Shown piece by piece: positions 25,508-38,607 of a stretch of 64,000 nt of DNA. This stretch comes from Podarcis muralis (lineage: Eukaryota). The DNA is taken from positions 35,712,001-35,776,000 of the forward strand of contig NC_135663.1 of NCBI RefSeq assembly GCF_964188315.1. Direction: 5' to 3'. The position numbers and the translations under genes are program-made. Under the pieces are notes generated by a model that was given only the letters and a program-made list of their open reading frames with translations, searched no databases and had not been told where the DNA came from. Numbering within the stretch: the stretch's first letter is position 1; each line of letters starts with the position of its first letter.

Positions 25508-26944
25508 TATTTTGTGTTACAACAGATTGAAAAGCTACAAAACTAAGGCAAAGGGTTTAACAAAGGGGTTTGGTGCAAGCAAACCTTGGAGCATTTGTGC
25601 TAGCATAAGAGGTCCAGTTCTCTTATGTTTTCTTATTGCAAGGGAGCCTGTGCAGGAGAGATCCAACTGAACGCTGAAATTTTAATAAAGCAAAGGAAAG
25701 CAACACCCCCTCTTGTTAAACAGCATCAAGTGACACAACCTGGTTCCCCTTGCATAATTTAGAGCACAATATTTAGCTCTGGAAAATTCAATCACTGGAA
25801 TGACTGGTGACACTAGAGGACCTAAAAAATAACCAGGGGAACCTTGGAAAAAAGATCAGAAATGTTTGCAAAATGCAAACAGAAACACCATCTCTGTTTT
25901 CTCTCCCTGGTTTGAGCCAAGGAAAGGGAGAAAACACAGATATGAGGATCTTGGGCTAGGCTGGGAATGCGAGGTAGACCTTGAGAAGCTGGAAGGGAGC
26001 CATGTGACTCCTGCAGCAAAATACTGCTGTGAAAGTGATAGGGAAGCGTGGTTCCCCCGCGCAACAGGAGTGCTATCTTGAGTCTGCACAATAGCACAGT
26101 TGTCAAAACGGTGCAGATGTTGCAGAGAAACACTGTGTATCAAGGCTTTTTCAAAGACTTTCCAAGGTAGCTTCCAGTTAAAAACCATCGCAGTATGGCA
26201 CTGCAAAGGCATTATGGACAAGAGGCATATGTCTCTCCCCCTCCAACATCCCCTGTACTGTTTTGTCTGAGGGCAAAAAGCACACAAGCAAGGCCCTTCT
26301 GCAGTCATAAGCACAGGACTTGGCTTACACTGGCTGGATACCTGCACAATTGAGAGCGAGAGACTCGTGGGCCTCTTCCACAACACTGTCTGTCTATCTA
26401 TGTAAGATTTATTACATGTCCTTCACTACAAGGTTCCAGGGCAGGTTATACCAATATAATAAGATACATGAAGGTCCCATTTTCAAAATGCTGCTTGTGC
26501 GAAAATTCACTTATCTTAACATAGTACCCAAACCTCGATATACACACTGCAGATTCTGAATAACTTGCATTTGCCCACTTCCTTACTTCTTTATGCTTTG
26601 CTGGTTGGTGGTGGCCATTTGGGGGCAGAAACCATGCAGGGAGAGAAATCAGACAAGTCAGGTTGGTTGTTTTTTTTGCTGGTTGGCTGCAGCCATTTCA
26701 GGAAGAAACTATGGAGGAAGTGGGAGGAGATTGGACAAATCACATTCTCATAGGAAATAATGGAAATTGTCAGCTGCTTCTGCGACCACTTGCCTAATGA
26801 ACAAATTCCAGGGAATGCATCGTGTTCAAAAAGCGGAGCTGCGTGTGCAATTATAAAAACAAGTAAAATTGTTCCAAACGAAACAGAACAGTACAGAGTG
26901 AAACAAAAGAAGTTGGGTCCCACAAAACACCTTAGCTGTTAAGT

Positions 26945-27135
26945 CACGGTAAAGACTTGCATCTTCAGTGCACAGTGGAAGCTATACAACCAAGATACTA
27001 GATACACCTGTGTTGGAAGGAAGTTCCACACCCTAGGGGCCACCACAGAGAAAGCCCTTTTCTGGGCCACCATATCCTGCACAGCCAAGGATAGTGGAAT
27101 TACCAAGAGGCTAACTCTGCCAACCTGAGAGGGTT
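26945..27135 (-). mobile_element. L2-clade LINE 3' fragment
   Basis: Minus translation KRAFSVVAPRVWNFLP...SFHCALK matches the RAFS.AP..WN.LP motif at the end of L2 ORF2. Confidence 0.75.
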
Positions 27136-27173
27136 GGAATGTCACCTCAACTAAGCACACGGCTAATAGCCGT

Positions 27174-27195
27174 AAATAAATAAATAAATAAATAA
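27174..27195. repeat. (TAAA)n simple repeat
   Basis: Direct reading. Confidence 0.9.
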
Positions 27196-30100
27196 AAAGC
27201 ACACGAACAAGTTAGTTGGTGGAGTTGCTTATGCAAGTCACCCTTCACACCTGACATAATGGGAACAACAGAGGGTTGTTATTTGGAGGACAAAGACTGT
27301 AAATCTATACAGCAGCATGTACAAAGTGCTAAATAACAATGCTACAGGTTTATGTGGCACAACAGTAATCAAGTCATTAAAGACAATTGTATGTTGGCCT
27401 GTCATCCAGAGTAAAAAGCTTTTGGCATGTAGTTCTTGAATTCTCTCCCCCCCCCCCCCCCCCGGTGTCCTCTCATTGGAGAAATGTCACTCTCAGATCT
27501 CGGTTACAAGAATGCATCTGTTTCCTTTAAAAGAAGGAAATGGAAAGAAACAAGAAAAAACAAAAACAGAATAGATCTCAATTCCTCAAATAGCTAGAAA
27601 GCCCACAATTGCACCTGCATTTTTCCATTAAAAAATTTAACTGTAAAAATCACACTGTTTCCCCCCCCCCTAAAAAACCTCGGCTATAGTATTTAAAAAC
27701 AACTACAGCAAAGCAGCTCTCATATGCCAATCCCTTGCATTCAAAATGTCTTTTCTAAGTGATTATGTGCAGCAAAGCCATCCATATTTCTGCTAGAACA
27801 AAAAAAAATAAAATAAAAAATCTGCATGACCTGCCAGTTAGGCCAATTGGTGACAAGGTGTCTGGTTTTTAAATCCAAAGCTATTTTGACATTGTCAGAG
27901 CTTCCAAGACAACAGAGAAAGTCCCACAGTTCAGTGAGTTAACCTGATCAAAGGCACACACCCCACCAAGCACTGCTAAAGTCAGCGCAACCTCTTTTCC
28001 TTTCAGTAGGGCCCATGTCAGTACTCTGCACAGCCCAACTTGGAAGGTATGGGTGTTGCACAACTATGATACTTCATGGAGTGTACCCTCCAGGCGCTAT
28101 TTCAAGCACAAGCCAAATTAGATGTTTTAGTTAGCACAGAAGTCATGATTGTGCAGAAAGATTACCCTGCTTTGGCATGCCCTGCTTGGCCGGCAAAGTA
28201 TTTTTCACCAAGAGCAAGCTAACTTAATGCTAATCAGAGCTTCAGCTATTGCAATACAAGCCTCTGCTCTGAAACATACTAGAGAAGCATGCTATGGGAG
28301 GCAAAGGAGACAGCTCTGCATACGTACATGCCTGTGTGTCTGTGCGCGCACGCGTTCACCCACCCACTTGCCTTCTTGAGACCCTTAAACTCACTTCTAC
28401 AGCTTGCTCCCACTTAATCCCATCTTCACCCGACAAAGCCTCTAATACAGTGCCATTGTACAGTGCCATTGTACAATGCCACCATAGGACCATTTCTCCA
28501 ATGAAGCGGCACCAACGACAGCTTCCTTTAAATAGGTAGGGAAGAGATGAAATGAGGCAGCTACCACCCAGCACTGCAATAATAGAATTAAGTGCATTCT
28601 TTTCCCCAGGAAGTCTGCACTCAAGTCTGCACTCTGTTACCAATGCAGGGCCAAAATGAAGACCTAGCTCTTAGGGACAGTGCTGATGTCAGCACTTGCT
28701 ACCTAAAATATCTAGGCTAGTCCAAGGGAAAATTAGACATTTAAAGTGGTACAACATCTTTAGTTCGCATTTTTATATGCTAACTTTTCAACACATGGCA
28801 GACTCTTCCCTGGGATTTAGAGTAACCTAACCAAGTTGGCAGATCCCACTCTAAGCCCTGTTCATGTAACAATAAACATGTCAGAACCAGCTAAGAACTT
28901 GAGCTAAGGCAATGTAAGCCATTTTCCATATTTCCTAATGTCTGGATCTTTCTTGGTTCATTTTCAGCATCTTCTCAAGAGGGAGGGATATATAGAATAA
29001 TGGGAAGCAAGACACAGGACAAGACGACGGAAATACTACCTAAAGATTTCCAGGGAGATGTATACTGAAGCTTAGGAGCTGCTCCAAAATCTTATCCTGA
29101 GACAGATGGCTTGGAGTGTCATAGACAAGTACCAGAAGAGGGAGGAGTTTCTAATTCAATTAATGAAAAAAATAAGAAAAGGATCCAATGATATCTTAAC
29201 TTAGGAATGAAAGAGGATTTCCCGTAAGAGGCACATTCGTGAATGCAAGAGAGCCCCCAAGGCCCCATAATGATGAGCTAGTGAAGCAAAGCACCACAGT
29301 AGTAACCTCAAATTGGAGGAGAGGGTTTCATTCTTCTATGGTCATGTAAACAGCATGCTATTAAGCAAGGCAGTGACTACCAGCAAAACGTAGCAGGACA
29401 TCTCTACAAGCATGAGAGAGAATCAACAGTTGTGGAGAAGCAAATGAGAAGCTTTGATACAATTAAGGTCCTTGTTGCTCACAGTCGTGATTATTTAGAT
29501 GTGGTGGTAGTATGTGGAGTGATGTACAGTTTAGGTAGCAGCTGTCTTGCACAAAACCAGAAGGATAGGGAGCCAGTGCCAGCCCAGCAAGCCAGTGCCA
29601 GCCCTGCCATTAGGCAGCGTGAGGCAGCTGCCTCAGACAGGAAATGCTGGCAGTAGGGAGTAGGGGTGAGGTGTTCAGAGGACAGAACCGTGTGTGCCAC
29701 ATGGCCTGCCCTAAGCCATTTAAATGAGCCTGCTGTCATTCAGTGTGATGGAGGACGCTGCCCTATTGCCAGCCTTGAAGTAAAATTCAGTTGCTATTTT
29801 GCTTGGCTCCCTTATAAAGCAATTGGGAGGGGGAGTCAACTTGTATTTAATAAAACATCTGATAAAAACCAACCCCTTTTCAATAATGCAGTTCCAGCTG
29901 TGTAAGTGACACCAAAAGTCAGAATGTGGGTGAACAGGGACAGGCAGGGAACCAGTGCAAAATGGAGTAAATTGTTAATAAGCACAACAGAGTCATACTT
30001 CCACCTTCAAAAGTGTTGTGTTGATGGAACCTTGCCCATCATCTGATGATTAGGATATACTGATATGCAGCCTTATGTCAAACTACTGGTCCAGCTAAGC

Positions 30101-30829
30101 CCAAGTACTATGTACACCAGGGATTCCCAGTCTGCTGCCCTCCAGTTATTGCTAGACTGTAATTCCCATTACCTGATCATAGGCCAGTTGTAGTTCAACA
30201 ACTTTTGGAAGGCACCACATAGGCTGCCCTTAGACTACAACTTTGCTGACAGGAGTGGTCATCCAAAAGGGCACCAAGTTGGAGAAGGACTACTTTGGTA
30301 TATCAGCATCTCTCCAGGGTTCCAGGAAAGGGGCCCTTCTATGCCCATGATCCAGAATCCTTTAATTGCAGGTGCCAGAAACAGAACCTGGCATTTATTT
30401 GAATGCAATCTTTGACAAACGTTCTCTATTGTTCAAAGCTGTGGATATTATGCATCCATAATTTTATTATGATGTTTAACAGCACACACATATATCACTA
30501 CATTTTTGTCGCCAAATGAGGACTTCTGAATATGATTTTTTATTTGTCTCAAGTCTTTCCTTGTATGCAGTGCAGGAAGCAATATATGCATATTTTGAAA
30601 ACGTTATTTAACTGTAGAACAGAAAGCAAAGCACTTAAGCTTCACATTTAAAAAGAAAACCCTGATGTTTAAAAGTGGACTGTCATCAGGGCACTTAACG
30701 CTGACCTTCCTGTGTCCACACCTACTGCACTCACTGTTTTCAAGAGATCACTTATCCAAGCTACTGTTCACTGTAGCAATCTGGACTTTTGGGAAAGTAT
30801 TCAAGCATCAACCTAATGCAATCCTCCTG

Positions 30830-30832
<3 letters not shown>

Positions 30833-30860
<28 letters not shown>
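30833..30860. repeat. (GT)n microsatellite
   Basis: Direct reading. Confidence 0.95.
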
Positions 30861-30864
<4 letters not shown>

Positions 30865-30897
30865 AAACTTCGTATCTACAAATAAACTACTCATTTT

Positions 30898-31777
30898 CAC
30901 TTTTTTTTAATCTAAAGAGTATTTATTTTATTCTTCATTGCCTCCAAGAAATAACACTGGGGAAAAACCCAGAGAGGGGTACATACAGCGACTGTGGTAA
31001 AGCAGAAGTGAATACCGTGAATGAGGAACAAAAGTAGAACTGTCTAAGGTCCCCAGATGTTGTTGGACTACAACTCCCATCATCCCTGAGCTCTGGCCTT
31101 GCTACCTAGGGGTGATGGGAGTTGTAGTCCAACAACATCTGGGGACCCACATGTTGAGAAAGGCTGGTCTAAGCAAAGACAATTAAACTAAAATACCAGC
31201 AGAAGGCATATCCTTACTTTTTGAGTTTTAAACTGAGAAAGCCCCTTGGAATTCTAACAGATTTTGTCTCAAATACAGACTAACAAGAATGAACAGGAAG
31301 ACTACAATACAACAACTTTCACTACTGAACGCTGTACCCACCTTCCCTCAAAACCCCCTTAAAGCATGGTGTCTTATTTGCTTGCTTGCTGAGCTTGCCT
31401 ATGGAGAGGGACATAAGATATTTTCCTTTTTCCAGTCTTTATTGTATGTCTGGTATGTCTGAGCATCAGCACAATAAACAAGGCAGCTGAGGTGAGCCAA
31501 GTCATCAATGAAATCAAATTACTGGCTAATATATGTAATAATTGAAGGCTTGTTAGGATTCATTCTCTTCAGGTGCTCCTCATATATTTTACAGGCACCT
31601 TCCATGCATTCATTCACAGACTCATAATCAGCCTAAGTCCTGCCTTCTGGTCGTTTGGTAGTTGAACAAGCAAAATTGTGAGAGACACGGCGACTCGTTC
31701 CGTTCGGCTCAGGAGCGAAGCACAAAATTCAACGACTTCTCTACCACAATTCACCGCGACCATCAGAAAGCACTGCT
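30898..31777 (-). pseudogene. ERH: Processed pseudogene (retrocopy) of enhancer of rudimentary homolog; CDS remnant 31374-31688
   Basis: Manual minus-strand translation: (G)TG-S-L-T-I-L-L-V-Q-[fs][77 protein letters not shown]..[fs]..RQAQQASK*. This is colinear with the 104-aa ERH protein and has no introns. Lesions: ATG>GTG, a 1-nt deletion near codon 10, stops at codons 19 and 57, C-terminal frameshifts. AATAAA then A8 (plus-strand T run 30901-30908). TSD ATAAACTACTCATTTT (30882-30897) / ATAAACGACTCATTTT (31778-31793). Confidence 0.95.
31047..31166. mobile_element. Hairpin MITE within the ERH retrocopy 3'UTR (left end truncated)
   Basis: GTCCCCAGATGTTGTTGGACTACAACTCCCATC / GATGGGAGTTGTAGTCCAACAACATCTGGGGAC arms; GTCTAAG on both sides. 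Confidence 0.85.
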
Positions 31778-34700
31778 ATAAACGACTCATTTTAAAGCAA
31801 TGCTAGTTGAAACTGAAGTATGTTGATTCTCTGACCTCACTGAACAAGTTTGTTATGGGGTTTAAAGCACCACAGAGGAACCTGTAATCACACAGCATTC
31901 TTGTCCTCACTCAGGGTTTCTCCTGCTACAAGCACCTAGGGTAGAACAACCTGAAGTCAAACAAGAGGATGATGGGCAAAACCAAACACCTGATGAAGTA
32001 CTTTCATCAGGCCCTCTGACTGGACCACTTGAGCATCCTTATGTATATCAACTTGACAATCACTTCCTAATTCTTCTGATTAAGAGGGCTTTTTAAAAAA
32101 ATCATCACTCATATAGCATTTTTAATGTGCTACGGGCTTTAGCATCCTTGTTTCATTCATCCCACAACCACAGTGGGAGAAGAATGATGCTCAGTAAGCA
32201 AGGGAACCAGTTATAGAGGGAAGAATGGGCTTCAACCCTCTCAATATTTCAAGGCAGGGTGTTGAGACCCCACCCAATATTGAGGGAACTCCCATCCCCT
32301 GCTGCCCCCAGGCAAACACCAGCACACCAGGCAGAAGGACTGGGAAAGCAATTTTCACCCTCCACACCCCATGCCACAATCGCCAGTGTGTCTCGAAAGC
32401 TGCCCACACATCCTGGCAGGTGTGGCCCAATAAGGGGTGGGGCGCCACATGTGTGATGCTATGCACACAGGACAGCCCCCCGGTGTTGTGCCCAACTCTG
32501 TGTGCCTGCCAGCAAGTCAGTGTCAGAGGTGCAATTTGGATTCAGCTTTCCCAGATCACAGATGTGTGTCCATCTGTCCACTTGTGGTTTCAAGGAAGCA
32601 ACAACAACAACAATCTGTAGGGCAATGTATCTTCCCCACAATGCCTTCCACCCTATAAATACAGTTTGCTCTTCAGGACTAAACATAGATGGTGGCGACA
32701 TCAGCAAAACAAGATGGCACCATAACCTGTTGCTCTTTTAACGTTTGGAAATAAGGCACATTGTTAATGTCTAAACACAGCACAGCACTTGAATTTCTGC
32801 TGTCCCAGATAATTTGCAATGCGCAAGACACTTTCCAGCTTCCTCACTTATTTCAGTGGAGAAGCTGCACAGCTCTAGGAACGCAAAGCTGCAACACAGA
32901 AGCTCCACAGAAGTGTTTAAAACTGTAGTTCAACTCAAATATATGCCAGTAAGACTCTAGATGTACAACGTATCTATGAATTACCTATTTCATTCCCTGC
33001 AGTTAAAACACTTGTTTCTCCTTCATTGTTTTTTGTTGTCCTATCTTTGCCATGTAATTGGTAAGGAATAACAGTATTACAGGTCACCCCAACGTCTGCC
33101 GCGTGGGAACAAGACTCCAGGGTCTTTGCTCTCCACCAGGGTTTGTGCTCCTTTGGAATGAGGCATGGCAGAGACTGCAGTGTCTTTAATATGGTTTGTT
33201 TACACATATTTACACCTGAGTTTAGGTGGAGGGAGTGTAGACCACAGGGGCATAGTATGGGGGGCTGTGGCCCTGAGCGTGAACCAGACACCCCAGCACA
33301 GCATGGCCCGGTGCTTCCCTCTGCCCACTGAGGGCCATGCCAGCTGGTGGGGTCTCCCCTGTGTAGGCAAGGCAGGGGGCTCAGCTTAGGCCCACATGGC
33401 TCTGGTGGGGTCATTCTAGCGTCAGTGGCTAGGCTGTCACCCCACCCCCCACCTAGCACATGGCTGCCCCAGGCACCAGCAACCGATGCTATGCAACTGG
33501 TAGAGCATTATATCCCAATAGTGTCTTCTGTTGCTCTCTTCGTAGTTTCAGCCCGCTTGAGTCCAGTCTCTCAGTGCTGCCTCTCCCAACCAGCCCCACA
33601 TGATGTCCTGCCCCTCCCTTCTCCTCAAAAACCCTTGCTCCAAAAGCAACTCAAGCCTGGTGTAAAAGGGCATCTTTTTTCCTGTGGTGACATCATGCCC
33701 CTCTGTAACCCTGGCAACTTTCCCCTCCCAACTCTGCTATTGTCTTTTGCTAACTAACACACAGCTAGGGGAGGAACTCCACCCTGCTCCTTGTCTGACA
33801 TTGAATGTGCCACCTTTTCTCAGGGTAATGACTGCCATCAGCCGTCTTTGTTCTTTCATGGCACCTGTCAGCTGATCTCTTGAACAGGAGAACAGGCTCA
33901 GCCTGTATTCTTACACTGCACATGTTCCCTTAATACTCCAATACTCCCTTAATACTCCAGATATTAATTACATCATACCATTTGCTAAATCAAGAATTTT
34001 GAGGCATCTGGGCCCCCTCTCATACATTCCTAACAATAATTTCATCTTCCTGGGGGCTCATATCAAAGTAACTCCAGTAGCAGACACTAGGGTCACTATA
34101 AAAAGTCTTTATTTTCATACGCAACCTTTTCAGGATTTCTTGACTCTATCCACCTGATAGTGACAGAGTACACATGACTCTGTATTTTATTTATTTAGGC
34201 AGAAATTGCATTTTCATTTCCCTTCCTTTCAATCTTTTAATTAAATCTTTCAGGAAACAAAAACAAAAAGTTGTGGATGTCTGCATTTCCACCCTCGAAC
34301 GAGCATCTTAGGTTCCAGGACACAGAGTGCATGCACATTCTGATCAGGCCATTTCCATTGTACTTAGGAGTGGGGAGTTTAAAATTCATGAATGTTGCAA
34401 GGGAACGGACAGCATGTCCACATTGTACAGCCTTTAACATGTGCGGAACTCTGTGATCATAGCAGCATGTAAGGTGGCAGTTTAATGATCTGCAGCTATA
34501 GCATTTATTCAAAGCTTTATGGGGGAGGCATAATTATGTAATAAAAATCCTGTTTCCCTAGTATTCTCCCTCTTCCAAATGAATAATATATTCTGCTGCA
34601 GTGGGGCTTTTTAGGACTGCCAGTGGCTAACCCCCTTTGCATTATGCTTGCTGTCAACTTCCTTCAGCAGGAGAAAGCCACAGATCACACCTCATGTGCA

Positions 34701-36200
34701 AGCAGCTGTTTAACCTCTGTGTGTGTGTGTGCACCTTTAACATTGATTTTGTTTTTAATATACAAGTTTTCTGATATACCAGATTTGCACAAAAGAGGCA
34801 CACACAGGCACACACGTGTGATTCCAGTCCAAGAAGCCTGTGGTCAGTAGCATTTATGCACGGTGACTGTTTTGAAGATACTGCAGCAGGTAGATAAAGG
34901 AGCAAGCCCCCTACCATCAAAATAAATAAATACTTAATAATTATAATTATAATACACATCATGCACAACCTAAATTAAAGTACACATGTAGTTAGCTTTA
35001 ACGCCGTAGATCCAGCTAGTACAAGACTGAAGGAGGGAGTTAAATGGGTCTGCCCAGGGCAGTTCAATGTTTAGCACAGCAATTATGTTAACTTGGGAAA
35101 ATTTTGTGAAATCGGGATCTTTATGGGAAGGATGTGCAGGGGAAAATAAAATGCTGAGAGAAGGTAATGCAACAGACAGCGGACAAAAATGGGGGGGAAA
35201 TTTCATGCTAAGAAATAGAAAATTTGAAAGCTGAAGCTTGTGAATGGCCCCCCACCCCCACCCCCACCCCGTGCCACTTCGGCCGCATGCTTTAAGGTTG
35301 CATGGAGCCAAAGGAATGTATCTCTAGGAAGACAAGGAGGAAAACTGGATAGAACAAGTTTTGGGCAGTGTTGCAGCTTGTGGAGGGTGGGGAGCAGCAG
35401 TTTCAGTTACAAATTCAAGCAGCAGCAGCAGCAGCAAACCCATTGCTTTTACTCTGTGTGGCAAAAAGGCTCAGTGTGGAGGAGTTAACTAGAGGCTGAG
35501 GGCTACTGAGGAAACCACAACAGCAAGCAATATTTTTAGTTTCTCAGCAGATGCACTGAAGGATTGTACATTCATGTTTACACAGAACAGGATAACTTGC
35601 CAAACTTTTGGCATGGCCAAAAGAAGCTGACATGGAAGGCAGATCAAGCTAAAACCTGAAGCGCACATTAATTGCAGTAACTGCTGAAACTGCAGCTGGT
35701 GGAATTTCTACATTCCTTGTAGGCTCTTAAGCAATTGTATGACTATAAGCCTCCTGGAATTAACTCACGTGGTGCATTAAAATAAATCTCCAATGGATTT
35801 TTGGAAAGGATGGAAAACACTACCTCCTATGATCTCATCTGTCTACAAACCCAACACTCCATCTCAAGCACAGCAGCACTGAGATTGAGGCTACAGCATC
35901 TGTAGAATGACAGCAACCCATTTCCAATGTCATGTTCTAATCCATTTGGAACATCTTGCAGGCTCAACGGATCTCATCCTGTGTTTCTAGTTCCATGAAA
36001 TCAAGTTCACTGTGATGTCAGAACTGGGCTAACTATAGTTAGCACTAACCTCTAAATCATAATTTAAAGCAGGTCTACAAAGCATGCTTTGAAAGCTAGT
36101 GTTAACCATTACCTGATGGTACAGCATGTAGAACTGGACAGGGGGGGGGGGACTGTATATAAGAGGGAAGGTATTAGCCAACTGTTTGCTTCCAATAGAG

Positions 36201-36777
36201 CATGGGTATGCAAACGTGGGTGGAGCCTAGGGCTTGCCGATCAGAAGGTCGGTGGTTCGAATCCCCAAAACGGGGTGAGCTCCCGTTGCTCGGTCCCTGC
36301 TCCTGCCAACCTAGCAGTTCGAAAGCACGTCAAAGTGCAAGTAGATAAATAGGTACCGCTCCGGCGGGAAGGTAAACGGCATTTCCATGCACTGCTCTGG
36401 TTCACCAGAAGTGGCTTAGTCATGCTGGCCACATGACCCGGAAGCTGTACGCCGGCTCCCTCGGCCAATAAAGTGAGATGAGCGCCGCAACCCCAGAGTC
36501 GGTCACGACTGGACCTAATGGTCAGGGGTCCCTTTACCTTTACCTTATGCAAACTAAGGCCCGAGAATCGCCTTCTAAATCTAGCCCCTGGACAGTCCAG
36601 GAATCAGCATGTTTTACATGAGTAGAATGTGCCCTTTTATTTAAAATGCATCTCTGGGTTATTTGTGGGGCATAGGAATTCGTTCATCCCCCCAAAAAAA
36701 CAATATAGTCCAGCCGCCCCCCCAAGGTCTGAGGGACAGTGGACCAGCCCCCTGGTGAAAAAGTTTGCTGACCCCTG
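36201..36777. mobile_element. hAT (Charlie-like) MITE interrupted by a Sauria SINE
   Basis: Termini CATGGGTATGCAAAC / GTTTGCTGACCCCTG; 8-bp TSD CAATAGAG/CAACAGAG; body is the reverse complement of the 42719-42968 copy. Confidence 0.85.
36216..36545 (+). mobile_element. Sauria SINE nested in the terminal repeat of a hAT MITE
   Basis: GGTTCGAATCCC B-box, Sauria core and (ACCTTT)n tail; TSD TATGCAAAC (36207-36215, 36546-36554). Confidence 0.95.
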
Positions 36778-37454
36778 CAACAGAGCCTCTGAACTGAGTC
36801 TACAGCCAGGGCAAGGCTGATAATCTCCTCTATGTCCAGAAGAGGTAGGGCCTGAACATAAACTTGACAGAAACAGAGAAAACAAAAGCGAAAGCAAAGT
36901 TTTGCAAAGGGGAATATTTATGTAAAACAACATAGTTTGTTCTCATGGCTTCTGTGAATCAAGTTACCCCATCATACTGTTAGTTAAGACAGTAATTTAA
37001 CATCTAGAGTTATTTTCATTATAGTTCTCTGAGCTGCTAAGAACTGGACTGGACAATTTATCCAAACATATAATTTGGATACCAGTATACACCAAGTGAA
37101 AGAGGGAGAGAGATAGAAAGAAGCAGTTGCCTTCTTTCCCTTCAACTATTTGACACTGTGTGTCAAAGCTATTGTTGCATCACTTCAGCTATCCTGTGTA
37201 TATTCCTTACTAATGGGTTTAACAGCTAAGAAACTAGTCCTTCTGCCAATATAAATGCAAGGCTATGCCTTAAAGCCTATCACTTTTATGTCAATCAGTA
37301 TCTAACTTTTTATAAGTGACTTGGCAACTGTCTATTATGAGCAGTCGCTAAACATGCTTTTCAGCATGTAAGGTGCTTTCTGAAATATACTAAAGCATCC
37401 TCATCACTCAAGTCTACTTGACTCAAGGTGGGTGTTTCTGGGTGTGCAAAACGC

Positions 37455-37568
37455 CAGCCTTCCCAAACCTGGTGCTCTCCAGGAAGTTTTGGACTACAAC
37501 ATCCATCAATCTCAGCCAACACAACTCTAGTCCAAAACATCTGTACGATGCCAGGTTGGGAAAAGCTG
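37455..37568. mobile_element. Hairpin MITE, decayed
   Basis: CAGCCTTCCCAAACCTGG / CCAGGTTGGGAAAAGCTG termini; TTTTGGACTA / TAGTCCAAAA inner arms. Confidence 0.7.
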
Positions 37569-38148
37569 ATCAATGGACTCACTAGTTTCCAGAGCGGTAA
37601 GAGGCCACATGGTTACACGGTGACTCCATTGATGCTTGACAGGAAGTTTCCAGAGTAGGTTCTGCTTTCAATAACACTGGCTTAACTCTAAAATAATATC
37701 CAGCAATGCCAGGGGGTAAATTTAAAATTAGTGATGAAAATGTCTTAGTACCACTGCTTCCTTCAGGTGACTTCATGCACCATTTTCACAATGCGCATCT
37801 AAATATGAAATGTCATAAGAAAAGCAACACCACTTTGAAATACAATATGAGTGAAGAGGCATATAAATGCTTCAAATGCCCCCCTGGGGGGACATTTAGT
37901 TCTGTCCAGTCCCAACATACATATGATGTTGAATTTTCAGTTAATTTTCCTTGTTTCATCCGGAGTCAAAGGCTGAAATATCTGACAAAGCTTATCCCCA
38001 GCCCCTCCAAAAATCTGCTTCAGCTTTGTGTTATCTTAATCTATCAACTTAACTATTCCATCAAATCCAAAACACATTACATTGAAGTAACTCTAATTGA
38101 TTTTAGTGAAATACACACCTTTGGAAATGTCTAAGTCTGCAGCCTATA

Positions 38149-38505
38149 AAGGTAAAGGTAAAGGGACCCCTGACCATTAGGTCCAGTCGCGGACGACTCT
38201 GGGGTTGCGGCGCTCATCTCGCTTTACTGGCCAAGGGAGCCGGTGTACAGCTTCCGGGTCATGTGGCCAGCATGACTAAGCCACTTCTGGTGAAACCAGA
38301 GCAGCACACGGAAATGCCATTTACCTTTCCGCCGGAGCAGTACCTATTTATCTACTTGCACTTTGATGTGCTTTCAAACTGCTAGGTTGGCAGGAGCAGG
38401 GACCAAGCAATGGGAGCTCACCCCATCACAGGGATTCGAACCGCCAGCCTTCTGATCGGCAAGCCCTAGGCTCTGTGGTTTAACCCACAGCACCACCCGC
38501 ATCCC
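38149..38505 (-). mobile_element. Full-length Sauria SINE
   Basis: Reverse-complement head, B-box, core and AAAGGT tail repeats; TSD TGCAGCCTATA (38138-38148, 38506-38516). Confidence 0.95.
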
Positions 38506-38607
38506 TGCAGCCTATACCCATTCCTAATTTCAGTGCTTTTCAGAATACTTTTAGCCAACACTAGGAAACATGTTTGTGTGCTTATATACAATGAACTTTT
38601 AACTATT

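Noticed and set aside
25856-26386. Longest ORF in the track (176 aa) and a possible exon at about 26325-26385
   Set aside because: No recognisable domain, weak splice signals; consistent with a chance ORF.
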